A stretch of DNA of 64,000 bases from a virus. Positions 29,229 through 39,800 of the stretch are shown here, piece after piece (the first letter of the stretch is position 1; each line of letters opens with the position of its first letter). The translations under genes were made by a program, and so were the position numbers. Under the pieces are notes generated by a model. The model saw only the letters and a program-made list of their open reading frames with translations. It was not told where the DNA came from and did no database searches. Where the stretch lies: IMG/VR virus record IMGVR_UViG_3300005805_000042, one strand, 5' to 3'.

Positions 29229-30899
29229 TTAGGACTCTTTTCTTAATTTACCGTCGTAAAATTCAAATCTGTCGTGCTCTGTTGGTGTTGCAAACAATAA
29301 AGCTGGTTTAATGTTTTCCTTTTTGGTTTCTTGATAAATGTAACTCATCCAAGTCTGTTCAAAAGGGCGTTCCCATTTAGTTGTAAGAAACATTTTTTCG
29401 TTTCCATATCTTGAAACTACTTGAGGCCAATTGCAATAATACACCTCACCAATTCCATAAGCTAACCCTTTGTAAGAACGAACTTCAGTAAATTTAGTTC
29501 TCGGAGCATTGGGGTCTAATCCTTGTACTGGGAGAGTAGATTTTTCGGGCCAATACTCCTCTCTAATATGCTGAGGTACATTATACCAAGACCATTGAGT
29601 ACCATTGTCGCCATAAAACTCAGTGAAATTTAGTTTTATAAAATCTAAAGACTCTTTTTTGGCTATTTGAATTGATTTGTTGTAGAGGTCAGGAATTTTT
29701 CTTACAAAACCATTTTTACAAGTTTCATTAGCGCCACCATAAAAAAACATATCATCTTCAAAGAACCAATAGAAATCAAATTTGTTTTCTTGGGAATGCT
29801 CGGCAATCCATTGTCTTCCACCACAAATTCCTAAGTTATCCTTTTTGATATGTTCGAAACCAAATTCATCACACAACTCTTTGTATCTTTCAGTTGTAGT
29901 CAAATCTGATGAATTATCTAACAAGAACTTTTTTGGTTTATCCAAAAAGTTTCTATCATACATTTCCATTGATTTAATTAATGTCTCAAACTGATTGGGA
30001 CTATTGAAAGTGATTACATATAATCCTAAGTTATCAATATTCAAATCAGAATATGCAACTTTGCCCTGAGTATTTTTAACTTTATGGGTGTTGTTTTTGA
30101 CATCTTCACAAAATTTACCGATAAGTCCGTTCGACTCAATTTCATAGTAGTCAAAAATATCGGGGTGCCGATAAAGAAGAATACTGAATAAAGATTCTTC
30201 TGTACCCATGAGACCATCTGATAAAGTTTGGTTCATCAGATTGTAATAGAGTCCATTGACATCAGAAATACTATCTTTACTACCACCGAAGATTCCACCA
30301 CGACACACTAATTTCACATGAGCACCTGCGTAGTTGTTAATTTTAGGATAAGTAAAACCATGAATTTCTTTTTCAGCGGCATAAGGAAAGGCAACAAACC
30401 CAAACTTACTGAAGAGGTTATGAAACTTATGGTGAATTTTATCATGAGTAAAATATCCAGGATGAACCGTATTTGTTATACCCGCATCAATCCAAAACAT
30501 ATGGGTCGAATCAAAAGAGTCAAAAATCCTCGCATCGTTAAGTAAAAACATTTTAGACATAACCAAAGGGTTATACATATCCAAACGAGACTGAGTTGAT
30601 TCGGGTAACCAACCTGATTGATTAAACCATTCAGGATTGGTTCTAATTTTTTGAATTTTGTCGTAAAAATCATTTTTAAACCAAGATTGGTCCCTAACGA
30701 TAAACTGAGTGTTTTCACGACCCCTTCTTTCCCAAACAAACCCTTCAAGTTCTTTTTCCCCAAAAATAATTAGGTTGGCGTCGATTTGTAGTAGTTGTTC
30801 AAATTTATCTAAATAGTGTTGAAATGAACGAGACCAACCCTCTTGAAGTTCGTCTCGTTTGATATTCCATAGACCAGTAACAAAAGTAACTTTATTCAT
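29229..30899 (-). CDS. HtrL/YibB-like domain fused to a GT-A (GT2-like) glycosyltransferase domain
   Basis: N-terminal VTFVTGLWNI...WIDAGI...GGIFGG; C-terminal NLGICGGRQ...FFEDD. Confidence 0.6.
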   Translation of the reverse strand: MNKVTFVTGLWNIKRDELQEGWSRSFQHYLDKFEQLLQIDANLIIFGEKELEGFVWERRGRENTQFIVRDQSWFKNDFYDKIQKIRTNPEWFNQSGWLPESTQSRLDMYNPLVMSKMFLLNDARIFDSFDSTHMFWIDAGITNTVHPGYFTHDKIHHKFHNLFSKFGFVAFPYAAEKEIHGFTYPKINNYAGAHVKLVCRGGIFGGSKDSISDVNGLYYNLMNQTLSDGLMGTEESLFSILLYRHPDIFDYYEIESNGLIGKFCEDVKNNTHKVKNTQGKVAYSDLNIDNLGLYVITFNSPNQFETLIKSMEMYDRNFLDKPKKFLLDNSSDLTTTERYKELCDEFGFEHIKKDNLGICGGRQWIAEHSQENKFDFYWFFEDDMFFYGGANETCKNGFVRKIPDLYNKSIQIAKKESLDFIKLNFTEFYGDNGTQWSWYNVPQHIREEYWPEKSTLPVQGLDPNAPRTKFTEVRSYKGLAYGIGEVYYCNWPQVVSRYGNEKMFLTTKWERPFEQTWMSYIYQETKKENIKPALLFATPTEHDRFEFYDGKLRKES

Positions 30900-31773
30900 A
30901 AATTCTATTAAATTCTTCTAATATTCTATAAAAACTTTTGTTCTCTTCGAAAATTTTTGGATTAGTTCCAGAGGGGCAATTGTCTGTACACCACCATATA
31001 TCAAAATGTTTTCTTTCAAAAAGTTCCTGATGGTTATAATACATTACCGTCATCAAAACTTCTTCGTGATGTGGACGTTCTTCTGGTGTAATTTTCTCCG
31101 CATATTCCTCGAACAACGGAACAACTTTTTCCCACATTTCTTTTTTACCACCAAACAAACCACCAATTATATGAATTCGTCTATCGTACTCATTATACCA
31201 TTTAGGTTTGACAGTTCCGCTCCAAAAATTTCGGTCATTTTCCTTTCCAAGTAAAATAAATTTATCACCAGTATCTTCAATTAAATTTTTTAAAAAATCA
31301 TTATTAAATAAAGATGATTCATAATATTTTCGTTGGGGATGGTCACTTCCAACAAGGTATTTGTTAGGTATCAAACCACAATGAGATAACCCGGCATCAA
31401 TCCAAAAATAGTAATCGTAAGACTTATCTTCCAACCAATACCAAGTAAATTTTGCCCATTGAATTTCAAGACACCTATCACCACCTTTAGCAGACTCATA
31501 ATCCTTATATTTTTGAAATAGATATTCATGTTTAGTTTTGTGTAAGTCGAAAACTTTTAGTTCCAATTGTTTCTCAGAAATGTTGTGTTCATCGTAAAAG
31601 AATTTTTTCAAACGGTCAATTTCTCTTTCTGAAGTATAACACGTGAAATCAGCATTAGTCATTTTGAGTAGAGATAATAAGCTGTATTGATAGTGTCCGC
31701 CCCTGGAATGTCTACCACCTAATTCTGTACCGCTTAAATCACTGTAGATTGAGGTCAAAAATTTAATTTTCAT
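30892..31773 (-). CDS. HtrL/YibB-like protein
   Basis: WIDAGLSH...IIGGLFGG...HEEVL; paralogous to the N-terminal half of 29229-30899. Confidence 0.55.
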   Translation of the reverse strand: MKIKFLTSIYSDLSGTELGGRHSRGGHYQYSLLSLLKMTNADFTCYTSEREIDRLKKFFYDEHNISEKQLELKVFDLHKTKHEYLFQKYKDYESAKGGDRCLEIQWAKFTWYWLEDKSYDYYFWIDAGLSHCGLIPNKYLVGSDHPQRKYYESSLFNNDFLKNLIEDTGDKFILLGKENDRNFWSGTVKPKWYNEYDRRIHIIGGLFGGKKEMWEKVVPLFEEYAEKITPEERPHHEEVLMTVMYYNHQELFERKHFDIWWCTDNCPSGTNPKIFEENKSFYRILEEFNRIYE

Positions 31774-32497
31774 ATAAAAAATCTAAATGTATTTTGTTAT
31801 TTTTTATTTCTTTATTTGAGGTCAAATTCAGAAGTTCATTTGGAATTTTAACTGGAGAGTATAAATTCCAATTGTAAGTTTGAGTGTAAAAATTATTATA
31901 AGTCCCGTGAGAAACGTCGGACCAGTCACTCAATTGAGGACCGATGGGCATAATTGGAGCATAGCTCTGAATTTTCGGCAAAATAAAGCGATATAAGTAA
32001 TCATCGATAGCATAATAACCCAAATTTTCAGGTTTTTCCAATTCAATTACTAAATCATATACACTTTGGTCATACAAAATCATATTAGTAGCAAAAATAC
32101 CACGATGATGCTCTTCCTTTGGTGGCAGATTAGTAATATCCAATAACAAAGGGTATTTTTCACTACGATTGACAGGTCTATTTAGCGTAGGTGATAAATT
32201 CATAATTCCAAATTGCAAATCAACAATTGATGGGTTTATTTGCTCTATTAATGATTTTGCATAAGGCATTATTGTACAATCATCCTCAATAATTAAAACA
32301 CATTCTAAATTCAACTTCTTAGCTATTTTCAGGATATCTATATGAGAACGTGAACATCCTACATGACTGTTCGTATCAACAGCACTAAATCTTTCAAACT
32401 CCCAACCAATATAATCCATTTCTAATTCTATTGATTTCATTCTATCAGACCTTCTATCAAGATTTACAATAAATTTTTTTACGTTATTAAGGTTCAT
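31763..32497 (-). CDS. Glycosyltransferase family 25
   Basis: FIVNLDRRSDR...GCSRSH...IIEDD. Confidence 0.8.
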   Translation of the reverse strand: MNLNNVKKFIVNLDRRSDRMKSIELEMDYIGWEFERFSAVDTNSHVGCSRSHIDILKIAKKLNLECVLIIEDDCTIMPYAKSLIEQINPSIVDLQFGIMNLSPTLNRPVNRSEKYPLLLDITNLPPKEEHHRGIFATNMILYDQSVYDLVIELEKPENLGYYAIDDYLYRFILPKIQSYAPIMPIGPQLSDWSDVSHGTYNNFYTQTYNWNLYSPVKIPNELLNLTSNKEIKNNKIHLDFLYEN

Positions 32498-32505
32498 AGT
32501 TTTAA

Positions 32506-33240
32506 TTAATTTTCTGTTGGGAAATTTTTCATGTTTCGAAGTCGATTCATATAGGAGTAGTCAGACATCTTATTCAAAATGTTGGAATAAGAGGGTCTTT
32601 GATTAAATAGTTGTGGATAATGAAAATAAATCCTTAAATTATGTTTTAGTATTTCTTTTACCCCTTTCACACAGTTATCCATTTTCCAATGCTTTTTCAA
32701 AGCTAGAACGCTGTAGTAACTATCGATTTGTTCGCCATAAACTACTAAGTCTTTGTCTAAATAGTTGAAATTATTAACAACATATTCAGCGAACTTAAGA
32801 GAGGAAAGATATGCTGTTGTTTGAACAAATTTGTTTGGTTTGATTAAATTATTACTAACTAATTCAGCTGGCTCTAAAAGACAAGCACCCAAAAATAATA
32901 AATCAAAATCTGTTGGATAAATCCCAACTAGCATTTCATTTGTAAGATTACGATTCAAATTGTCACAAATATCAAGATAAAAGTCATCTTCAAAAATAAT
33001 TACTTTTTCCCATTTGTTTTCGACCTGCATTCTTAGAATTTCCATGTGACTATGCGTACAACCACGAATAACCCAACCGGAATCACTATCTTCAGTAATT
33101 TTTATTGCGTCAAATCGCTCGACCCCAACAATGTTGTTCTTTTCGAATTCTTGAAGGGATTGGCTTAACCTATCTTCTCTTTCTTTGAGATTGATTAAAA
33201 AACCTTTATCGGCAATTTTGATATTGTTCCAAGTGACCAT
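32506..33240 (-). CDS. Glycosyltransferase family 25
   Basis: FLINLKEREDR...GCTHSH...IFEDD. Confidence 0.8.
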   Translation of the reverse strand: MVTWNNIKIADKGFLINLKEREDRLSQSLQEFEKNNIVGVERFDAIKITEDSDSGWVIRGCTHSHMEILRMQVENKWEKVIIFEDDFYLDICDNLNRNLTNEMLVGIYPTDFDLLFLGACLLEPAELVSNNLIKPNKFVQTTAYLSSLKFAEYVVNNFNYLDKDLVVYGEQIDSYYSVLALKKHWKMDNCVKGVKEILKHNLRIYFHYPQLFNQRPSYSNILNKMSDYSYMNRLRNMKNFPTEN

Positions 33241-33243
33241 GAA

Positions 33244-34491
33244 TTACAAGTTTCCTGTTAAACGGTCACACCATCCTTTAGATTCAGAGTGGGGCCAAAC
33301 AACCCAATAAGCAGGTTTTTGAGTAGTTTGAAAATCTCTCCAAATTTTACAATATTTGTCAGGGTCATTCATCATTCTCGAAATCTCAGCTTTGTCCGCA
33401 TCTTTTCTAAACAATGTCGAATCATCCGAACCGTGAAAGGCAACAACCCAAAAATCATAGTCTTTTTCAGGTACACTAGCATAATTTACATCAATACAAT
33501 GTTTGAAGACTTGGGCAAAATCTTTTTTCCAATCTTCCTCAGTTTCATAGTTGTATGGATTAGGTGGGTAATTTTTATCTAAGGTATATTGTTGAACGGC
33601 ACGATTTTCAAACAACAGTCCAGAATATTTTTCATAATCCTTTAAAGTTCTTTCCGTTCCAAATCCAAAAGGTCCATCGTGACCCTCTTGAGTTTCACCA
33701 TCCATACCAAATAATTTTCTATTTGTAAGGTGAGACTTGTTGTTTTTATCAACCCACTGCTTGTCATCATCCCATTGTTTGGTCCTTCCCTTACGAGTGT
33801 ACTCGTGCCAAATAAGAACTTTATGGGGGTGAAACAAATCATAACCCCAAGTATATGCTCTTGCGGCAATTGAGATTTCCTCACCATGAAAATAATATTC
33901 AGGATTGTGTTGAACCTCCTTTGAGAATTGCCCAAGAGTGAACGCGTAATGCGCAGAATAAAATCTTGCGGTAACAGGTTCTTTCATATCTCTCCACCCT
34001 GGAATTGTTTCAGGAAGAAAAAATACAGCACCCTCGGGAATAAATCTATCAAACACCATTCTCCATGGTTCTTGAACTCTACCAGCTGGGTCGTTCTCAG
34101 GGTCAAATGATGAAACATATCCTGTTAACAAAGGCTTCTTATGTCCTTTCTTTTGTAGTTGTTTAACCATCTTAATCATTTCATCGTCCCAATTGGGTGC
34201 AAATCTCATGTGAGAATCAATTTGCATAGTGTACTCCTCACCCTCGTAAACTTGTTGAGTTAAATTTCTTGCCCAACAAACACCTTTAGACTCTTCGTAT
34301 GGAATATCTAAAATTCTAAAACGCTTATCATTTTTATATTCTGTTAAATCATCAAATTTATCCTCAGGATTAAATTGCCTTGCAATACCAAATCTGAGAT
34401 TCTTTGGCCTTTTTGCATTTGCAATCATATCCTTTAGAGTGCTGACAAGTTGGGGGTCTCTATAAGAGGCTATTTGAACAAATATTTTCAT
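33244..34491 (-). CDS. GT60 / Pfam GlcNAc family polypeptide N-acetylglucosaminyltransferase-like protein
   Basis: IFVQIASYRDP, GVCWAR, QIDSHMRF, YFHGEEISIAARAYTWGYDLFHP match the Gnt1/OGNT family pattern. Confidence 0.8.
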   Translation of the reverse strand: MKIFVQIASYRDPQLVSTLKDMIANAKRPKNLRFGIARQFNPEDKFDDLTEYKNDKRFRILDIPYEESKGVCWARNLTQQVYEGEEYTMQIDSHMRFAPNWDDEMIKMVKQLQKKGHKKPLLTGYVSSFDPENDPAGRVQEPWRMVFDRFIPEGAVFFLPETIPGWRDMKEPVTARFYSAHYAFTLGQFSKEVQHNPEYYFHGEEISIAARAYTWGYDLFHPHKVLIWHEYTRKGRTKQWDDDKQWVDKNNKSHLTNRKLFGMDGETQEGHDGPFGFGTERTLKDYEKYSGLLFENRAVQQYTLDKNYPPNPYNYETEEDWKKDFAQVFKHCIDVNYASVPEKDYDFWVVAFHGSDDSTLFRKDADKAEISRMMNDPDKYCKIWRDFQTTQKPAYWVVWPHSESKGWCDRLTGNL

Positions 34492-34550
34492 TAAATAAAT
34501 TTTTAATAAAAATAAACATAAGGATAATAAACTGAATATTCCCTTAAAAC

Positions 34551-34574
34551 AAAAAACCCCTCACAAAAGAGGGG
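34551..34574 (-). terminator. Intrinsic terminator after the Thr/Pro-rich gene block
   Basis: Stem CCCCTC/GAGGGG, 6-nt loop, U6 tract on the minus strand. Confidence 0.7.
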
Positions 34575-34594
34575 GGTTTTACTGTTTTAATATT

Positions 34595-35575
34595 TTAAAT
34601 TACCTGAAAATTAATGGTTTCTGAAGCACCTGACGCACCCCATTGAATCAAATAAGGACCACCGGGTACGGTAACTCCCAATGTTGCCAAAGTTGTTGCC
34701 GTAAATGTTCCAGTACCATTGAGAGCTCCTCCAACATATCCCAGAGGGACCACCAAATTACCGAATCCATCTATCCCGAAATTATTACCTGTTGAAATAT
34801 CTGCATTTATAGGTAGAAAACCACTTCCAAATGGTATTGGATTAAAAGTAGAACCTGAGTAGGTGCTGTAGTTACCTCCACTTCCCACACTAAATTGTCC
34901 CGTACTCGGTCTAATACCTGAACCAAAACCACTGAATGAATCTACGAAATTCAATGAAGACAGGTCTGCAGTACCTGTTCCTGATAAAACAACATCAGGT
35001 GCCACTTCTTGTATTGTAAAGAATAGACCTTGAATAGTTGGTGTTGCGGAAGGTGTTGGTGTCAATGTCGTTGTTGTGGTCGGAGTCGATGTTACAGTTG
35101 GGGTGTTGGTTGGGGTTTCTGTGGTAGTAGGTGTTGGAGTTTCTGTATTAGTTGGTGTTGGAGTGTTGGTTGGAGTTTCTGTATTAGTTGGTGTTGGAGT
35201 GTTGGTTGGGGTTTCTGTGTTAGTAGGTGTCGGAGTTTCTGTATTTGTTGGTGTTGCTGTCAAAGAAGCGGTTAAACTTACGGTTGGAGTATTAGATGGT
35301 GTTAATGATGGCGTGGGTGTGGGCGTTGGTGTTACATTCCCCGTTCCACTAACAGATGGTGTTGGTGGTATTACAAAAGGAAAATCACCCAAATCATCAA
35401 CACTAATTACACTTGATGATGCGGTACTATAAGTTCCTGTTATTAACCAAACATTTAATGTTGTGTTTGGCTCGATTAAAATATTATAGTTCCACATCTG
35501 ATTGGAACATTCCTGATATGAAAACACCCCATTAGAGCTGGTTGTGTTGGTTAAAATATATTTTCTACAAGCCAT
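34595..35575 (-). CDS. Thr/Pro-rich (mucin-like) probable virion appendage protein, 326 aa
   Basis: Cys-containing N-terminal module, ~110 aa TPTNTETP repeat linker, predicted beta-rich C-terminal domain. Confidence 0.7.
   Translation of the reverse strand: MACRKYILTNTTSSNGVFSYQECSNQMWNYNILIEPNTTLNVWLITGTYSTASSSVISVDDLGDFPFVIPPTPSVSGTGNVTPTPTPTPSLTPSNTPTVSLTASLTATPTNTETPTPTNTETPTNTPTPTNTETPTNTPTPTNTETPTPTTTETPTNTPTVTSTPTTTTTLTPTPSATPTIQGLFFTIQEVAPDVVLSGTGTADLSSLNFVDSFSGFGSGIRPSTGQFSVGSGGNYSTYSGSTFNPIPFGSGFLPINADISTGNNFGIDGFGNLVVPLGYVGGALNGTGTFTATTLATLGVTVPGGPYLIQWGASGASETINFQVI
35040..35370 (-). repeat. Coding Thr/Pro tandem repeats (TPTNTETP-like)
   Basis: Seen in the translation and as GTTGGTGTTGGAG-like repeats on the plus strand. 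Confidence 0.9.
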
Positions 35576-35622
35576 AATTTATGATTATAAAAGTAAATAT
35601 CTAAGATTTACAATTAGACCTA

Positions 35623-36189
35623 TTAACACGTACCAGTATTAATAATTAATGTGCCACTAATTTGGATAATTTTTACACCATCAGAAATTGTGAAGTTTGC
35701 ACCTATTGGTGGTATCGTCAATTCTCGGTTACCGTAAACATTGTCACCCACAGTTAATTGTCTAAAAGGTTTGGTTGAATACAATGTCACATTTGACGGA
35801 AACCCCCCGAATTGATTTATTTGCTGACATACATCCTGAAAATAACCACCAGTTTTTAAGTTTTGAATATAAACAGGTGAAGGAGTTACTGATGGTGTTA
35901 CTGTATTTGTTGGTGTTGGTGTTTGAGTTATTGGTGTGGAAGTCAAGCTTACCGTTGGTGTAACAGTTGGTGTTATAGAAGGTGTTGGTGTTGCAGATGG
36001 ACATGGTCCCAAATCATCAATTGTCAGAGGTGCACCATATAATTCAACAGTGATTAATTCAGCACATAGGGTTTCAGAAAATAGAGGTGATATTTGAGTT
36101 ATGTTTACACTACCAGTACAACCGGTCCATTTATAGTAACCATCTTGTACGGAATTATAATTTGTTATTCTGTAGTATAAACAAGACAT
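35623..36189 (-). CDS. Thr/Pro-linker probable virion protein, 188 aa
   Basis: N-terminal module paralogous to 34595-35575, then PSATPTPSITPTVTPT linker. Confidence 0.65.
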   Translation of the reverse strand: MSCLYYRITNYNSVQDGYYKWTGCTGSVNITQISPLFSETLCAELITVELYGAPLTIDDLGPCPSATPTPSITPTVTPTVSLTSTPITQTPTPTNTVTPSVTPSPVYIQNLKTGGYFQDVCQQINQFGGFPSNVTLYSTKPFRQLTVGDNVYGNRELTIPPIGANFTISDGVKIIQISGTLIINTGTC

Positions 36190-36201
36190 ATTTCAACTAA
36201 A

Positions 36202-36834
36202 TTAAAATGTCTTGTTCAAAACAAATAAATCACTGTAGATATAGTTCAATGGGGCGATAGTTTCAAATTGAACCGTTATATCCAATGTGTTTGATATCGT
36301 GGTGTCAAAATCAACATTATTTGTTGTTTGGAAAGCGGTTCCATATACTTGTCCATTACCTTTAACTACTTGAAAATTACCGTGAGTGGAAATCGACGCG
36401 ACTGTGGGACCACCTATACTACGAATGGTAAAAAAAACACTCATAAACCAATTATCACCACCTGCTGAAGGGTTAAAAGCACCACTTGTTGCAAGTATAA
36501 CAGAACCTGACTTAAGTCTTATTGTAATATCATCGTTAGTATTATCCAAAACACCTCCCATAATAAGTTGAAAACTATCACCAACAGAAAATCCATTTGC
36601 GGGAACATTTAATGTACCAACACCATTACCAATTATTGTTGTCTCAGAAGTTGTCCCACTTACTGTAACACTGTTACCAGTTTGGGAAAAGAGACCATAA
36701 ACTTGAGGATATGGGTTTAGAGAACCTTGTTTCACTCTGTATGTTGTACCGGATTGTGCAACAGCAAATTCCGCATCAGAAGTTATTCCTGAAGATAATA
36801 ACTCGGGAAGTTGGGAAATGGGTAAATTTGGCAT
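36202..36834 (-). CDS. Probable tail fibre-associated structural protein
   Basis: N-terminal MPNLPISQLPEL-type motif often seen in phage fibre proteins; Gly/Ser/Thr-rich; TATTTAT upstream. Confidence 0.5.
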   Translation of the reverse strand: MPNLPISQLPELLSSGITSDAEFAVAQSGTTYRVKQGSLNPYPQVYGLFSQTGNSVTVSGTTSETTIIGNGVGTLNVPANGFSVGDSFQLIMGGVLDNTNDDITIRLKSGSVILATSGAFNPSAGGDNWFMSVFFTIRSIGGPTVASISTHGNFQVVKGNGQVYGTAFQTTNNVDFDTTISNTLDITVQFETIAPLNYIYSDLFVLNKTF

Positions 36835-36860
36835 TTTATTTTATAAATAAATATATTGTT

Positions 36861-39800
36861 TTATAATCCGTATTTTGATTTATCGGCATTGAAGTTTTGT
36901 AATATTTGAGATGGTGTTAGTGATGTGCTATACATTCTTATAATTCCAACGGTTCCCTTAAATGGAACTTGTAAATTACCAGTAGTTGCCGCTACTCTAC
37001 CCGCAATACCAACAGGACTTGTATTACTTACTTGGTTAACACCAACTAAACTTGTTGTTCCGCCAGAAATACCATTTCGGTAAACCGTCAATGTGTCAGT
37101 TACAAAATCAAAGACTGCTACTAGTTGTACCCAAGTATCCACAGAAAATCCGGTCAAACTAACCGAAGGGAAATTACTTCCATCATAAGCGGCGACTAAC
37201 ATGCTACTCGCACCTTCATTAAATCTAATTGTGTAAGGATATCTTGATTCGTTATTTAAATTCCACTTTTCCAATAGTTCTGCTTCACCTGAGTTTGGTT
37301 GACCGTTTGAAGGGTTAAACCATATTTCAACCGTATATTGTTGGGTATTTGTAAAGTTTGTCACCCCGTCCACACTCGGTATTCTACCATAAGATGATGT
37401 TCCGTTAAATGTAAATCCACTTAATGCGTTGTAAGTTGGACTACCCGATAAAGTGGCATCTGTACTACCCACAGTTGTATCCCAAACAGTTCCTGAACCA
37501 ACATAACTACTTGGTAATAACTGTAGTTGTAAGTTTGATGTTACAATGTTAGGTGTTACTGATGGTGTAGGTGTAATAGTATTAGTTGGTGTTATTGTAT
37601 TTGTTGGAGTAACCGTAGGTGTTGATGTTGATGTAGGGGTGGGTGTTGGTTCAACAAATCTTGGTGCCAAGAAATTATATTGTTGTGTGATTTCAGAAAG
37701 CGACAATTGTCTATTGTAGAAATACATGTTGGCAACATGTCCCCAAGGCTGAGGAACAATATCATTATTACCCCATCCCCAATGTGTAGTTCCACCAGCA
37801 CCCTCATTGATTGTACTTCCCACCTGTGAACCATTTATGTAGAATGTTTGAGACGAGTTTGTCCCTACTACTGCATATTGAACCCAAACACTTGTTTCAC
37901 CTGATAAATCATACCCTGAACTTACGAATCCTGTTGCCCAATATCCTAATGTATTTGTTCCATCAGGTATTGTGATTGGTGTGATTTTAGGAGGTCCTTT
38001 TGTATAAAGCACTGTTCTAAATCCAGCATTACTAGATATCAATCTTGCCCAAGTAATATATGTGTATCCTGAATTTGGTAATAAAGGTCCTGTTGCATTG
38101 TAATCAACTCTATTAGTCCCTGTAGTACAATCAAAACATTTTATACCGTTAAGAACTGTGTAAGTTGCACCGATTAATGTGTGATTATACCCCCCTGTTA
38201 TATCATAAACTGTTGTACCTGTTCCAGGATAACTTGAGTTCTCGTACGCGTCAAGTTGTATAATTAATCCAGATGTAACCAAACTTGGTGTTGACGATGG
38301 TGTCAGTGTATTTGTTGGTGTTTGAGTATTTGTTGGTGTTTGAGTAATAGTGGGTGTATTAGTTGGTGTTGTAGTTTGTGTAGGAGTTGGTGTTGGTTGA
38401 ATTGGCTCTATCAAAATACCACTCTCATCTTCTTGGAGAATCATGAAATAGTTTTCTTGAAGAAGAAACCCTTCGTCAGGAAGTGTTGGTGTGACTGTTG
38501 GTGTTGGTGTGTTTGTTGGAGTACCCGTAGTTGTTTCAGAAGGAGTGTTCGTTGGGGTTTGTGTTGCTGTCGGCGTTTGAGTTTCCGTTGCTGTTGGAGT
38601 TAAACCAACAGTTGCTGTTGGAGTTGGTGTACTTGTTGGTGTTTCGGTTGGCGTATTTGTTGGTGTATCCGATGGAGTATTTGTAGGAGTTTCGGTTGGG
38701 GTGTTTGTAGGGCTATCCGAGGGGGTATTTGTTGGAGTTTCAGATGGAGTGTTAGTTGGTGTTTCAGTAGGCGTATTTGTGGGAGTTTCACTTGGAGTAT
38801 TTGTGGGAGTTTCAGTTGGGGTATTAGTTGGTGTCTCTGTATTGGTTGGAGTGTTTGTCGGAGTCTCTGTTGGAGTATTTGTTGGTGTTTCAGTGTTAGT
38901 TGGGGTAGGTGTATTGGTTGGGGTTTCCGTATTTGTTTGAGACGGAGTGTTAGTAGGTGTTTCTGTGTTGGTCGGAGTTACCGTAGGTGTTACGGTTGGA
39001 CTTGGAGTTGGTGGTATAATAACGAAACAATCAGGACAATCCGGGTCTAATAAATCATATTTGTTTTTTAGAATCCTAAAATTGTGTTTTACCTCAGAAG
39101 CATCTAAAGGTTCTACATACATCCTAAAGGAACTAATTTCACCAATAAAACTTCCACCAAAAACTTCTTCAAGAAATATGTTTGTTGTAAGTCCAGAATA
39201 TATGGTATTATCTAAATCTTCGGTAGTTAAACACTCGGGGTCTTGTTGGTATGTAATACCTGAGAGTTCTGCGGGACAACCCCCTGAGAAAGTTAAATTA
39301 TCTTTTAATCCTTGAGTACCACCCCCCACTGAAATATTAAAGGGTACACCAACCTGTCTTTCTTTAAAGGTATTAAGAGGTCTTGGAATTATTTCCTCAA
39401 AATCCTCACAAACCATAAAGAGTCTACCATTGACAAAAATCTTTAAAGTTCCGAGTCTGAACTCTCTCTGTTGTAACCAAAGGTCATCGATATAAACTTG
39501 AGTGGTTTTTGCCGGAGTATAACCCGAATAACCCTCCTCGTGGGTTATTGGTGGCATAACCAAACTCACACTATTATTGGCGGAAGTTGCGGTAAAGACC
39601 TGTTCAACAATTTGACTTAATCCACCCAGATAATCTAAATCTTTACAATCAAAATACACATTTCTTTCGAAGACAGCATCAATCTGTACCCAATGTTCAA
39701 TTTCACTATATTGAGTAAAACGACAGTCATCAAATATTCCTTTAGTTGAACACCATTCAACTGTTGTCACCCCTGTTACAAAACTTGTTCCTGTTAAACA

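Noticed and set aside
35030-38940. Plus-strand ORFs rich in VGV/CWC (35030, 35076, 38322, 38701)
   Set aside because: They are antisense shadows of the Thr/Pro repeat codons of the real minus-strand genes
38484-39015. 24-nt periodic repeats as a possible CRISPR array
   Set aside because: Units are degenerate at third codon positions, have no unique spacers and lie in frame inside a CDS
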